Notes: generated by a model from the sequence alone, not told the origin. A stretch of DNA of 63,946 nt, filler included, from Octopus bimaculoides (GCF_001194135.2; 6 parts of 6 records of this genome joined end to end with filler, not necessarily neighbours in it), one strand, 5' to 3'. Positions 51,082 through 61,809 are shown, counted from the first letter of the whole stretch. Translations and numbers: made by a program.

Positions 51082-51500
51082 TTACATAAGCTTACATCTG
51101 ATGTCTTTGTGGACAACACTTCTAACTGTCCCTTCTGAAAGATGGAGATCTTTTGCAATTGTCCTCATGGACTTTCCGGGATTGTGATCAATGGTCTGTT
51201 GAATTTGCTGAATAAATACAGATGTTCTGATGACTTCAGAGCGTTTAGAATGTTTTTTATGCTTTGATACTGGTAATACGTTTCCATCTTGAGTCTCTAG
51301 TTCCTTACAAACTTTGTTGACGAAAGATCTGGTAACTTTTAAAAATCGAGATTTTTACTAATCTCTATGCTCAGCCTTTATAACCACAATAACAGCATGC
51401 TTCTTCGTTTCTTGAGTAAGTTGAGGGTCTGCCATGATTATTTTCTGAAACAAAAATTATACAGAGATAGCAAAAAATGCAACAATGACTCCAAAAAGGT
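51082..51500 (-). pseudogene. Mariner/maT-like transposase N-terminal DNA-binding region, decayed
   Basis: ATG at 51435: MADPQLTQETKKHAVIVVIKAEHRD*, then frameshift to RFLKVTRSFVNKVCKEL...IDHNPGKSMRTIAKDLHLSEGTVRSVVHKDIR (HTH); no catalytic domain present. Confidence 0.75.
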
Positions 51501-51611
51501 ATGCATGTATGTATGTATGTATGTATGTATGTATGTATGTATGCATGGCTTGATAGTTCCGGGTCAATAAGCTCTGATCTTGGGCAGCCAAAGTAAAGCC
51601 TTCACTCTCTG

Positions 51612-51613
<2 letters not shown>

Positions 51614-51677
<64 letters not shown>
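51614..51677. repeat. (TTA)n microsatellite abutting the R4/Dong fragment
   Basis: Direct inspection. Confidence 0.97.
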
Positions 51678-51678
<1 letters not shown>

Positions 51679-51679
51679 T

Positions 51680-52566
51680 TATCCTGATCCGTTGCTATTC
51701 TAGTTTTAGTTTGGATTTCATTTATTTTACAGCTTTTGTGGTTTCTTCTTTTTCTTCATAGTTGTTAGGTAGCATGACTTCTTGTTTGTACTTGTCAGCT
51801 TCCTTAAATACTGAAAACAGTTTTTTTGTTTTGTTCGTGTTTTGTGGCTATTTGTATTAGTTTTCTTTGCTTCTGAAGTAGGTATTTCTGTAGTCCTATG
51901 GTGGTTATTTTGTAATAGTTTTCTAGCTGTATAAGGCCTCTACCACGTTGTATATATAACCTCTCTATGTCAGATTTTGGGTGGTGCATCCTAAATCCTG
52001 TCATTATTTTTCTTGTTTTCCTGTCTATTTTGATTAGTTCATATAGTGTCCAGTTAAGGATATTGTAGCTGTAACTTATAACTGGGACGGCTAAAGTGTT
52101 AATACCTATTATCTTGTCTTTAGCATTGAGCTCTGTTTTTAGTATTGATCTAATTCGTCTATAGTATTTATTTTTTATCTTCTCTTTCATTTGTGTGTGT
52201 TGTATCGTATCTAGTTCATCGATTCCTAAATATTTGTATGTCCGGCTGTGGTCTAATTCTCTTATTTCATTTGCTTTATCTAATGTGATGTTGCTACTCT
52301 TAACTAGTTTTCCTGTTTTCAATGTTGCTTTGGCACATTTTTCTAAGCCAAATTTCATATTTATTTCTTTAGTAAATCCATGTACTGCCTGCAGTAATGT
52401 TTCCAGCTGTTTATCATTTGTAGCGTACAGTTTTAGGTCATCCATATATGAGAGGTGGCTGATTGTTTTGCTGTAACAGTTGTATCCGCATCTAGTTCTG
52501 TTTAGCGTGTCAGATAAAGGTATCAGTGCCAAGCAGAAAAGGAGTGGAGAGAGCGTGTCTCCCTGG
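51680..52566 (-). pseudogene. R4/Dong-type non-LTR retrotransposon reverse transcriptase fragment
   Basis: QGDTLSPLLFCLALIPL, ISHLSYMDDLKLY, MKFGLEKCA, YKYLGI, INTLAVPVISYS, RLYIQRGRGL; open for >240 aa, then stops. Confidence 0.92.
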
Positions 52567-52660
52567 AGGTTGACTTCGTCTTTTATCCTTTTGGGGGTCG
52601 ATTAAATAAGTACCAGTTACGCACTGAGGTCGATGTAACCGACTTAATCCCCTCCCCCTA
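52566..52660 (+). mobile_element. SINE family B 3' half, joined directly to the RT fragment
   Basis: GAGGTTGACTTCGTCTTTTATCCTTTTGGGGGTCGATTAAATAAGTACCAG. Confidence 0.85.
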
Positions 52661-52686
52661 CTTGCCCTTGCAGCAAAAATTTGAAG

Positions 52687-52687
<1 letters not shown>

Positions 52688-52778
<91 letters not shown>
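52688..52778. repeat. (CAT)n(TTA)n compound microsatellite
   Basis: Direct inspection. Confidence 0.97.
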
Positions 52779-53184
52779 TTGCTTTCTTTTGCAGCACAAG
52801 AGGTCAAGCAGGAATTAGCCACAAGTCTGAAATACATGAAATGACGAATATTTATATAGATATTTTTGTATATGTTTTTATACCTTTTCCACAAGAACTT
52901 TTATTTCTTTATTATTTATATACATATATATATGTGAATTTGCTCAACGAAAACAACAAAAGAACTAACACAAAAAACAACCACAAAAAGTAACTGAAAT
53001 ACTGTAAAATACGTGCTCTTCACCTTCCAGTTAATTAATTACTGGAAAATATTATAACTAAATTATCTAATCGTTTTTTGTGCAAAATTAACTCTTTACT
53101 TTTCCAAAGCATTTTCATATGTTTGTCCTAAATGTCCATGCTTGTTTTCAGACTTTAGTTAACTCTTGTTATGTAATATCACAT

Positions 53185-53420
53185 GACCTTTTGGCTAGGG
53201 AATTGCACGCGCGATCACGGTATTGGGATTTCAACTTCTGAACAAGCTGAGGAGTTATGTTCGTTATCAAAACGTCATCTCACGTTGTTCTGCGTTCACT
53301 CCGATACTCGACGCGTGGTACACCGTGTACCCTGGTCAGGCAACGTTGATTTGACGAAGGGAGTGAGTTAATGTACAGCACAAACATTTGTTTACTTTAG
53401 ACAAATAATTTAAACAAATA
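53185..53420 (+). mobile_element. Degenerate SINE-like repeat (separate family)
   Basis: tRNA-like head remnant and CGACGCGTGGTACACCGTGTACCCTGGTCAGGCAACGTTGATTTG; recognised by resemblance only. Confidence 0.45.
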
Positions 53421-53693
53421 ATACGAGAGACTGTTAATCCTTATTTCATACGTTCTGAGTAGTATAAAGCTTTCCTTTCATAAGTTCCAAGTTACTCTGA
53501 TGGTTGAAACAGATTGAGACTGTCTATCATATACGATGCATGGACGCCAAGGGAATATGTTATGCGTATCACATGTGATACACAGGACAGATAAACAAAA
53601 GCTTAGCACATCGAATCAAATTTAAACCATGGTCTGATGCAATATTTCGATGCTATATTTCGATGCAGCGCTCTTTCAACATTTTATTATTAT

Positions 53694-54250
53694 TATTAAC
53701 TAACTGAAAGGAAGCGAGCTTGCAGAATCATTAGCACTCTGGACGAAATGCTTAATGGTATTTCGCCCGTCGCTGAGTTCAAATTCTGCCAAGGTCGACT
53801 TTGCTTTTCATCCTTTCGAGGTCGATAAAATAAGTACCAGTTGAAGATTCAGGTCGATATAATCGAAAAATCCCCACCTCCTACCAAGCTGCCGTTGTAG
53901 TAAAAATTAGAAATAACTATTAGCTAACTGAAAGGCGGCGAGCTGGCAGAATCGTTAGCACGCTGGACAATACACTTAGCGGTATTTCGCCTGTCTCTGA
54001 GTTCAGATTCCGCCGAGATCGACATTTTCCTTTTATCAATTTGGGGTCAATAAATCAAGTGCCAGTGAAACACTGAGATCGATGTAATCGACTTACCCGC
54101 TCCCCTAAATTTCAGGTGTTGCATCTTTAGTAGAAAGGATTATTAACTAACTGAAAGGAAGCGAGCTTGCAGAATCATTAGCACTCTGGACGAAATGCTT
54201 AATGGTATTTCGCCCGTCGCTGAGTTCAAATTCTGCCAAGGTCGACTTTG
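53694..54250 (+). mobile_element. Head-to-tail array of three SINE family B units running into a gap
   Basis: Each unit is preceded by TATTA(A/G)CTAACTGAAAGG; units 1 and 3 identical over ~110 nt at a 447-bp offset. Confidence 0.9.
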
Positions 54251-55286
54251 NNNNNNNNNNNNNNNNNNNNNNNNNNNNNNNNNNNNNNNNNNNNNNNNNN
54301 NNNNNNNNNNNNNNNNNNNNNNNNNNNNNNNNNNNNNNNNNNNNNNNNNNNNNNNNNNNNNNNNNNNNNNNNNNNNNNNNNNNNNNNNNNNNNNNNNNNN
54401 NNNNNNNNNNNNNNNNNNNNNNNNNNNNNNNNNNNNNNNNNNNNNNNNNNNNNNNNNNNNNNNNNNNNNNNNNNNNNNNNNNNNNNNNNNNNNNNNNNNN
54501 NNNNNNNNNNNNNNNNNNNNNNNNNNNNNNNNNNNNNNNNNNNNNNNNNNNNNNNNNNNNNNNNNNNNNNNNNNNNNNNNNNNNNNNNNNNNNNNNNNNN
54601 NNNNNNNNNNNNNNNNNNNNNNNNNNNNNNNNNNNNNNNNNNNNNNNNNNNNNNNNNNNNNNNNNNNNNNNNNNNNNNNNNNNNNNNNNNNNNNNNNNNN
54701 NNNNNNNNNNNNNNNNNNNNNNNNNNNNNNNNNNNNNNNNNNNNNNNNNNNNNNNNNNNNNNNNNNNNNNNNNNNNNNNNNNNNNNNNNNNNNNNNNNNN
54801 NNNNNNNNNNNNTTTATTGAGTAAAATATTTCGAAGTTAATTAGTCGTCGTGTTTCTTGGAATTGGCTGGTTAGGCTCTGTTGCCGCAGTCATCGCCATC
54901 GACCATTGCCTTGGTGCTACAGACACTGCGCTGGTTCGATCTCTGCTGCTAGCTTCCACTGCCGATGGTTAAAATGCGTTAATTGTACGACTAATGTCTT
55001 TTTCAGAAAAGCGTGCCAAAGATGAAATTGTTTATTAAAAACGGGTTCCATCAGAAGTCTTGAATGGTATTTTTTTTTTTTTTATGACGTCGGTAATATT
55101 TGCATTGGATACAGTGAATTCGGGTTCGATTTCTAAATGTTTTGTGTCTGCCAAATTTTCCTGCTACAGGAACCTCCTGCCAATGTAACGATGAATTCAC
55201 CAACAACGGTGAATTAAACGAAACGAAAATGTCGCAGGAAGTGTGTAAAGGAGTATGCATTAGAAAAGAGTGAATGCAAGACTAAT

Positions 55287-55507
55287 CATGATTTCAAATT
55301 TTGCCACAAGGCCAGAAATTTCGGCGGGTGAGTAGTGAGTCAATTACATCGATTCCAGTTCTCTTATGGTACTTATTTTATTGACTCTGAAAAGATGAAA
55401 GACAAAGTCAACCTCGGCGGAATTTGAACCCAAAAAGTCAAGACAGACGAAAATGCCGGTAAGCATTTTGTCCGGTGTGCTAACTATTCTACCAGCTTGC
55501 CACCTTC
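55287..55507 (-). mobile_element. SINE family B, 14-bp TSD
   Basis: AATGCAAGACTAAT at 55273-55286 and 55508-55521. Confidence 0.92.
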
Positions 55508-55751
55508 AATGCAAGACTAATAGTGCCAGTTAAATTGCATTGTTGACGAGCTGGTGATGTAACTGAAAACAGCTGGAATACTGACAGAAGATGTATTCCG
55601 TGCATACTGCTGAGTTGTCTTATGCGTGGCGTATTGTACAAGCTCATGATACGAAAATCAGTAAAACCAAGAATGTGACAAGAAGAAAAAAAAGGAAGAA
55701 AATTTGCAAAAGAGATCAGAATTGTGGTTGAATGTTAGACCAGAGTATAAT

Positions 55752-55970
55752 TTGTTTCAAATTTTGTCACAATTGCAGCAACGTTTTTGGGGAAGGGATT
55801 AGTCGATTTGATCGATCCCAGTACGCAACAGGTACTTAATTTATCAAACCCCACAAAGGAAGAAAGGCAAAGTCGACCTCAGTGGAATTTGAACTCAGAA
55901 CGTAGCGACAGACGAAATACTGCTAAGCATTTCGCCCGGCGGGCAAACGGTTCTGTCAGCTCACCGCCTT
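55752..55970 (-). mobile_element. SINE family B
   Basis: Near-consensus reverse complement ending CAGCTCACCGCCTT. Confidence 0.9.
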
Positions 55971-56504
55971 AGAACAGTATAATTGCTAAAATACAAGGAA
56001 AGATCTGATGAGAATACTTCTATGTACGTGAGCCAGCTAATCGCAGTGAAATCCATAACTGAGTGAGCGATTGGCTGGTGCGTAATCGTTTCTATTTAAA
56101 CCAGAGAGTCGATGGTTGTATATTGACGTGAATTTGAAGACGAGTTATGCAGTCTATAGAAGTAGGTTAGTATAGTGAAACAATTTAGGTATTTACGAGC
56201 TTAGGAATAAAAGCTGCCGAAACAGGCCAGCATCTTTTAACCATAGTAATTTTAAATATACTACTAACAATGAATATGTTTACTACGTGCATGCTGTGCG
56301 TGCTCTGGGTGCTTGTGTGCATGTTAAATGTATGTGAATGTATGCTTATCGAAGTGTGTGTGTTGTATACGTGAGTAGAAAGAAGCCGAAACCAATTCGG
56401 AAAAAGATAAAAATAATCTTGAAATAAAAAAAAACCAGTCATTTTATGTTTGTTTGTTTTTTTACTTTATTTTATTTTTAAAAAAATTAACAATTCGAAC
56501 TGAC

Positions 56505-56790
56505 AATCATGAGATAGTGAGTTCGATTCCCAAACAGAGCTGCTTGTTGTGCTCTCGAGTAAGACTCTTTATTTTACGTTTCTCCAGTTCACTCATATGT
56601 AGAAATGACTTTGCAGTGTCAATGATGCCAAGCTGTATCGGCTTTTGCCTTTCCCTTGGATAACATCGGTGGTGTGGAGAGGGATGACTGGTATGCATGG
56701 GCAACTGCTGGTCTTCCATAAAGCAACCTTGCTCAGATTTGTACCTAGGAGGGGAACTTTCTCGGTGAAATCCCATGGTCATTAATACCT
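56505..56790 (+). mobile_element. tRNA-headed SINE, family D
   Basis: B-box GAGTTCGATTCC, CTCCAGTTCACTCA core, CCAAGCTGTATCGGC...GCATGGGCAACTGCTGGTCTTCC. Confidence 0.65.
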
Positions 56791-56899
56791 GAATTTGGAT
56801 CTTTACCCTATTTGAACACACAGAAACATCTTATCGGTATGTTGGTAACCCCGAAGAACAGAATAGTGCGCAACCTAAACTTCAAACACCTCGCCGAGA

Positions 56900-57310
56900 G
56901 CCCTCTCCAAAGAATATTATGCATTTTGGCAAGTTCAAATATGAGATGTTGGATCAAGTATAACAGTAATCGCCCTTGTGTGTTTCTTGGAGTCTGCTGA
57001 TTAGACTGTTGTTAGAAACAAGACTGTGGAAACCAATGGTATCCTCTCCAAGGAAATAGTAATTGCGAGTGGAGTGCCTCAGGGAAGTGTTACGAGGCCA
57101 CTGCCGTTTATGGTAGCTCTTTTGGACATACCGTGCCATCAGTTAAACAGACAACTACACTTACTAGCTATACCGACGACACAAAAGTAGTAAAAGGCAA
57201 TCAAGAAACCTTTCATCTACAGAAAGACCTAGATGTCACAGATAAACGGGCCGAAAAAAACAGCATACAATTTAATCTAAGAATATTCCAAGCCTTCTAC
57301 TATCAGCCAG
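56900..57310 (+). pseudogene. CR1/L2-type LINE reverse transcriptase fragment
   Basis: SGVPQGSV (57068-57091), LTSYTDDTKV (YTDD 57169-57180), LQKDLD...NSIQFN; frameshifted. Confidence 0.85.
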
Positions 57311-57766
57311 TTTTCGCTAACATTCTATCTATATCTTTTCAGTATGATAAAAGTAAATCTTTTGGTCTGTTTTGTAACAATGAAATGTATTTCATCCTGT
57401 TCTCAGAGAATCCTCTTGTAAACACGTTTATAGAATGCGTTTATCGTTGCAAATATTGGCAAAAGCATACCTTTAGTTCCTATAAGTGATTTCTACCATT
57501 CTATAAAATTCGACCTGTCTTCTTACATTTCGCTTTCACTAAATATATCTACTTCCAAGCCTTCTAATTCACCTATCGCTCTATATCTCTCCACTATTAG
57601 TTTTTTGCTAATTTCTTTCTTTCTCCTCCTTCTCTTTCTATAAACTACCTTTGACGTTATATCTACTAACGGTTTTCTGAAAAAAAAAAAATGCTAGCGT
57701 TCCCTTTATCATATACGCAGTCATCACATTCTGTTAAAATTTCTTATTGATATGTTTGGTTTCTTT

Positions 57767-57855
57767 CTTCCCCTGATGAGAAGATTGCATTGTTTTACAC
57801 CATTTTATTCCTTCTGGAATAATACCAATGTTTTCTTCGAAACATATGTCGGAAG
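57767..57855 (+). ncRNA. Type I hammerhead ribozyme motif, fully canonical core
   Basis: CTTCCC-CTGATGA-GAAGA[...]TCTTC-GAA-AC-ATAT-GT-C-GGAAG; G10.1-C11.1 pair, GUC triplet, perfect palindrome ACATATGT, 5-bp helix I with one bulged C. Confidence 0.85.
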
Positions 57856-57959
57856 TAAAAAGATTTGAATAACACCTGCGTTTATATATATATGTATGTA
57901 TAAGATCCTACAGGGCTTGGTATTAAAGTTTCGCTTCAAGTGTTTTACCTGACCCCGAA

Positions 57960-58112
57960 CCGAACGTCCCTGCACTGTTCCAAGTGTCCCACCCTTCTCC
58001 TCTAGAGTGAGAACTATGTACTGCAAGAGTTTGGAATTCAAATGCCCAGAGGTATTTAAAATTTAATCTAAACATATGAGAGATCTGCATAGGGTAGATG
58101 ATTTCAAGAAAC
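57960..58112 (+). pseudogene. CR1/L2-type LINE 3'-terminal fragment (likely the continuation of 56900-57310)
   Basis: SRVRTMYCKSLEFKCP followed, across frameshifts, by KHMRDLHRVDDFKKHL. Confidence 0.6.
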
Positions 58113-59214
58113 ATCTTGTCCTCCCGCTGAAACGAGCCCCGTGAGGCTGAGTAGCTGCTTTAGTAAATGTCGTTAGCCATTTTCCGTGGCAACACCATCG
58201 CGGTGATTACCGCTGGTCGCGATTGAGCACCTCACTAGTTCTGGGACATGTAGCCCATTGTTCCCTCTGCCTCCATCTTCCGCTGTTTTACCCACCTTTT
58301 TTCCTTTTCTTTCCTATCTCTCTTTTGTCCTGCTTCTTTGCATTTTAATGTCCAAATAAAATAAAATAATAAATAATCAATTACTAGAAATCAAGGGAGA
58401 CAAGCAATATTTTATGTAAAACTTTTGATTTAATTTTTTCGATGCACATTCAACCTTTATATAACTGAACATGTCAGCATTACCGACAGTTATTGCAAGG
58501 GAGATAATCATTTCTAGACAAATCAGAATATATATAAAGATACATAGAATGTGTTTATTTAATATTTTTCCTATTCATTACAAATATGCTTTAACCATCA
58601 GCCTTGAAATCATCAGACTTAACACGGTTAAAAATTTTGGTAGCAAGTTTGAGAAAAAGAGACCCGCGGCATCTCAAGCAACTCTTGGAAAACTCTTCCA
58701 ATATAATATGAAGAAATGATCACAGGTCTTATTAGTTTGATTTAGAGCCTCTCTTTTTAACGGTGAAAGTTATTTTCTCTTTCGTTGTATACTCTCCATT
58801 TCCAGACACGAATGCTGAAGAAAAATCTCCTCTGACGTGCCTTTTCTTAGAAAGCGATATTGAGAATTCTTCTATTTCGTCTTTTTCCAAAGCGATGTCC
58901 AGAGCTTTCGACGCTGAGACCAGAGACATTTTTTAGCAAGTAATTGTTTTCGGATATTTCTTCTGGTGACAGATGATATACGGATATATCTGAAACGATA
59001 AATTAATTGTAGTACTATAGAAATATGCTCAAATAATACAACCGTATGTTGTGTTGAATTATTGGTTTCAAATTTTGGCACAAAAACAGCAAGTTTTACC
59101 CCCTCTTTACTTTTTCTTTCTTTTCCTTTCATATCTTTCTTGCCTCTTAGTATTCAAATGTTCCAATAAAATAAAATAATAAATAATCAATTATTAGAAA
59201 TCAAGGGAGAAGAG

Positions 59215-59340
59215 AACCACGTGGTTCCGGGTTCAGTCCCACTGTGTGGCACCTTGGGCAAGTGTCTTCTACTATAGCCTCGGGCCGACCAAAGTCTTGT
59301 GAGTGGATTTGGTAGACGGAAACTGAAAGAAGCCCGTCGT
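59215..59340 (+). mobile_element. SINE family A, 5'-truncated, running into (TA)n and a gap
   Basis: AACCACGTGGTTCCGGGTTCAGTCCC...GAAGCCCGTCGTATATA. Confidence 0.92.
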
Positions 59341-60018
59341 ATATATATATATATATATATATNNNNNNNNNNNNNNNNNNNNNNNNNNNNNNNNNNNNNN
59401 NNNNNNNNNNNNNNNNNNNNNNNNNNNNNNNNNNNNNNNNNNNNNNNNNNNNNNNNNNNNNNNNNNNNNNNNNNNNNNNNNNNNNNNNNNNNNNNNNNNN
59501 NNNNNNNNNNNNNNNNNNNNNNNNNNNNNNNNNNNNNNNNNNNNNNNNNNNNNNNNNNNNNNNNNNNNNNNNNNNNNNNNNNNNNNNNNNNNNNNNNNNN
59601 NNNNNNNNNNNNNNNNNNNNNNNNNNNNNNNNNNNNNNNNNNNNNNNNNNNNNNNNNNNNNNNNNNNNNNNNNNNNNNNNNNNNNNNNNNNNNNNNNNNN
59701 NNNNNNNNNNNNNNNNNNNNNNNNNNNNNNNNNNNNNNNNNNNNNNNNNNNNNNNNNNNNNNNNNNNNNNNNNNNNNNNNNNNNNNNNNNNNNNNNNNNN
59801 NNNNNNNNNNNNNNNNNNNNNNNNNNNNNNNNNNNNNNNNNNNNNNNNNNNNNNNNNNNNNNNNNNNNNNNNNNNNNNNNNNNNNNNNNNNNNNNNNNNN
59901 NNNNNNNNNNNNNNNNNNNNNNNNNNNNNNNNNNNNNNNNNNNNNNNNNNNNNNNNNNNNNNNNNNNNNNNNNNNNNNNNNNNNNNNNNNNNNNNNNNNN
60001 NNNNNNNNNNNNNNNNNN

Positions 60019-60330
60019 GGCTAGGGCAGCAGACTCGCGGTCATAGGATCGCGGTTTCGATTTCCAGACCAGGCGTTGTGAGTGTTTATTGAGCGAAAAC
60101 ACCTAAAGCTCCACGAGGCTCCCTGCTGTACTCTTTCACCACAACTTTCTCTCACTCATACTTCCTGTTTCTGTTGTGCCTGTAATTCAAAGGGTCACAC
60201 TGTGTTACGCTGAATATCCCCGAGAACTGCGTTAAGGGTACACGTGTCTGTGGAGTGCTCAGCCACTTGCACGTTAATTTCATGAGCAGGCTGTCCCGTT
60301 GATCGGATCAACTGGAACCCTCGACGTCAA
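60019..60330 (+). mobile_element. SINE family C with two small internal deletions
   Basis: Matches the reverse complement of 762-1115. Confidence 0.92.
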
Positions 60331-60384
60331 CATCACGACGAGCACATACACACAGCTACACACACATATATAATTTATACATAC

Positions 60385-60475
60385 ATCTTTTGCCTTTTAT
60401 TTTTTTACAGTCATTGGACAACAGCCATGCTGGGGTACTGCCTTGAAGGATTTAGTCGAACAAACCTATCTCAGT
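60385..60475 (-). mobile_element. SINE family A 3' fragment
   Basis: CAGCCATGCTGGGGTACTGCCTTGAAGGATTTAGTCGAAC. Confidence 0.65.
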
Positions 60476-61035
60476 AATTAGCTAGAAAATTCTCTTACAT
60501 TTCATTACAATGTAATTTGAGAAAAATTAGGCAGTTATTTCTAGCACGTCAAGTTACAATACAGCGATTTCCTTGCGATCTTGTATAAGTTCATCCTATT
60601 CTTAAAAAACAAATAACATTACTGTGTGGTTTGAGGGAAATTCGTTTGATACTTTTAGCAGGGCGAGGTGACAATAATTTGCAAGGAAGGTTGCTGTAAC
60701 TTAACAAGATGTTATAAAGTGGACGGAGCATAGTTATTTTAGCGGATTTAAGGGCTGTTTAGCTATTATTTGTTGCACATCTCACGACCATTTAATACCC
60801 TCCTTGCTTTTTTCTAAGTCAGACGTAGTGATGTTTTTTCAATATCTTTCTTCCCATACACACATTTAATTGTCCATTGCTGGGATTTAAGCTACAAATT
60901 CGGACAGTCCGTATTCTAAACTGTGATTTAAAAAGAATAATTTCGGAAAATTAACAACAATAATAATAAAATATCGAAAAATTAAAGCAAAATAAAAAAA
61001 AAAACAACATCATTCATCTTGTGAATTCCCTAGAG

Positions 61036-61199
61036 CAGTGCCCCGCAACCATTCTTTTCAAAATTTGGCGGCACACCTGAACTTAAAATATAACTAAATG
61101 TATGTGGGAAAAAAATTTATATTCGAGTTACACTACGGCACATCTAGCATCGTCTCGTGGCACACCAATGTACCACCGCATACCGGTTGCGGAGCACTG
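61036..61199. mobile_element. hAT (Charlie/Buster-type) MITE, 164 bp
   Basis: TIRs CAGTGCCCCGCAACC / GGTTGCGGAGCACTG (14/15); TSD CCCTAGAG (61028-35) / TCCTAGAG (61200-07); 61235-61326 repeats its interior. Confidence 0.88.
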
Positions 61200-61426
61200 T
61201 CCTAGAGCAGAATAGAAATACCCCAAAATTTACTGAAAATATAACTAAATGTATGGGGAAAAAAATTTATATTCGAGTTACACTACGGCACATCTAGCAT
61301 CGTCTCGTGGCACACCAATGTACCACNNNNNNNNNNNNNNNNNNNNNNNNNNNNNNNNNNNNNNNNNNNNTTAATTAATTAANNNNNNNNNNNNNNNNNN
61401 NNNNNNNNNNNNNNNNNNNNNNNNNN

Positions 61427-61618
61427 ATTTTCTGTATGTTATATATATTTGTAAGTCCTGGTGTTTTTGTTATGTATTTGTCTGAATATTTTTTTATTAT
61501 ACCTAAGGCACCTACTATGATAGGAATTGTTTCTATTTTTAGATTCCACATTTGAGTTATCTCTATTTCCAGGTCTTTGTATTTTGAAAGTTTTTCCATT
61601 TCTTTTAGGGAAACGTTG

Positions 61619-61620
<2 letters not shown>
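61427..61620 (-). pseudogene. R4/Dong-type LINE C-terminal (RLE region) fragment, 5'-truncated at (TAA)n
   Basis: NVSLKEMEKLSKYKDLEIEITQMWNLKIETIPIIVGALGIIKK ('K..KY..L..E....W......P.V.G.LG' motif). Confidence 0.85.
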
Positions 61621-61665
<45 letters not shown>

Positions 61666-61668
<3 letters not shown>

Positions 61669-61733
61669 ATCACTGCCTGGAATCGAACTTGGAATCTTGG
61701 GGTTAGTAGCCCGCGCTCTTAACCACAATGCCC
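61666..61733 (-). mobile_element. Short tRNA-derived SINE with (TAA)n tail (left member of an inverted pair)
   Basis: Minus strand GGGCATTGTGGTTAAGAGCGCGGGCTACTAACCCCAAGATTCCAAGTTCGATTCCAGGCAGTGATCTG(AAT)n. Confidence 0.85.
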
Positions 61734-61735
61734 AT

Positions 61736-61809
61736 GGGCATGTGGCGTAGTGGCTAAGAGCGTTGCTACTAACCCCAAGATTCCAAGTTCAATTCTAGGT
61801 CGTAACCTA

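Noticed and set aside
55175-55239. TCCTGC/GCAGGA stem, 8-bp hairpin and GAAAC...GTC resembling a hammerhead
   Set aside because: CUGANGA is absent at the required position and multi-nucleotide insertions would be needed on both sides.
2071-60102. Long ORFs dominated by X or by HT/YI/CV/ER/poly-I/N/Y/M runs
   Set aside because: Read-through of N-gaps and di-, tri- or tetranucleotide microsatellites; no coding signal.
61235-61326. Near-exact repeat of the hAT MITE interior
   Set aside because: Runs into a scaffold join; could be a second tandem MITE but cannot be distinguished from a haplotype or assembly duplicate.
26607-61382. TTAATTAATTAA islands inside gaps (26607, 42183, 47666, 50254, 61371)
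   Set aside because: Each sits in an identical 44N+12+44N = 100-bp block; this is an artificial scaffolding spacer with stops in all frames, not biology.
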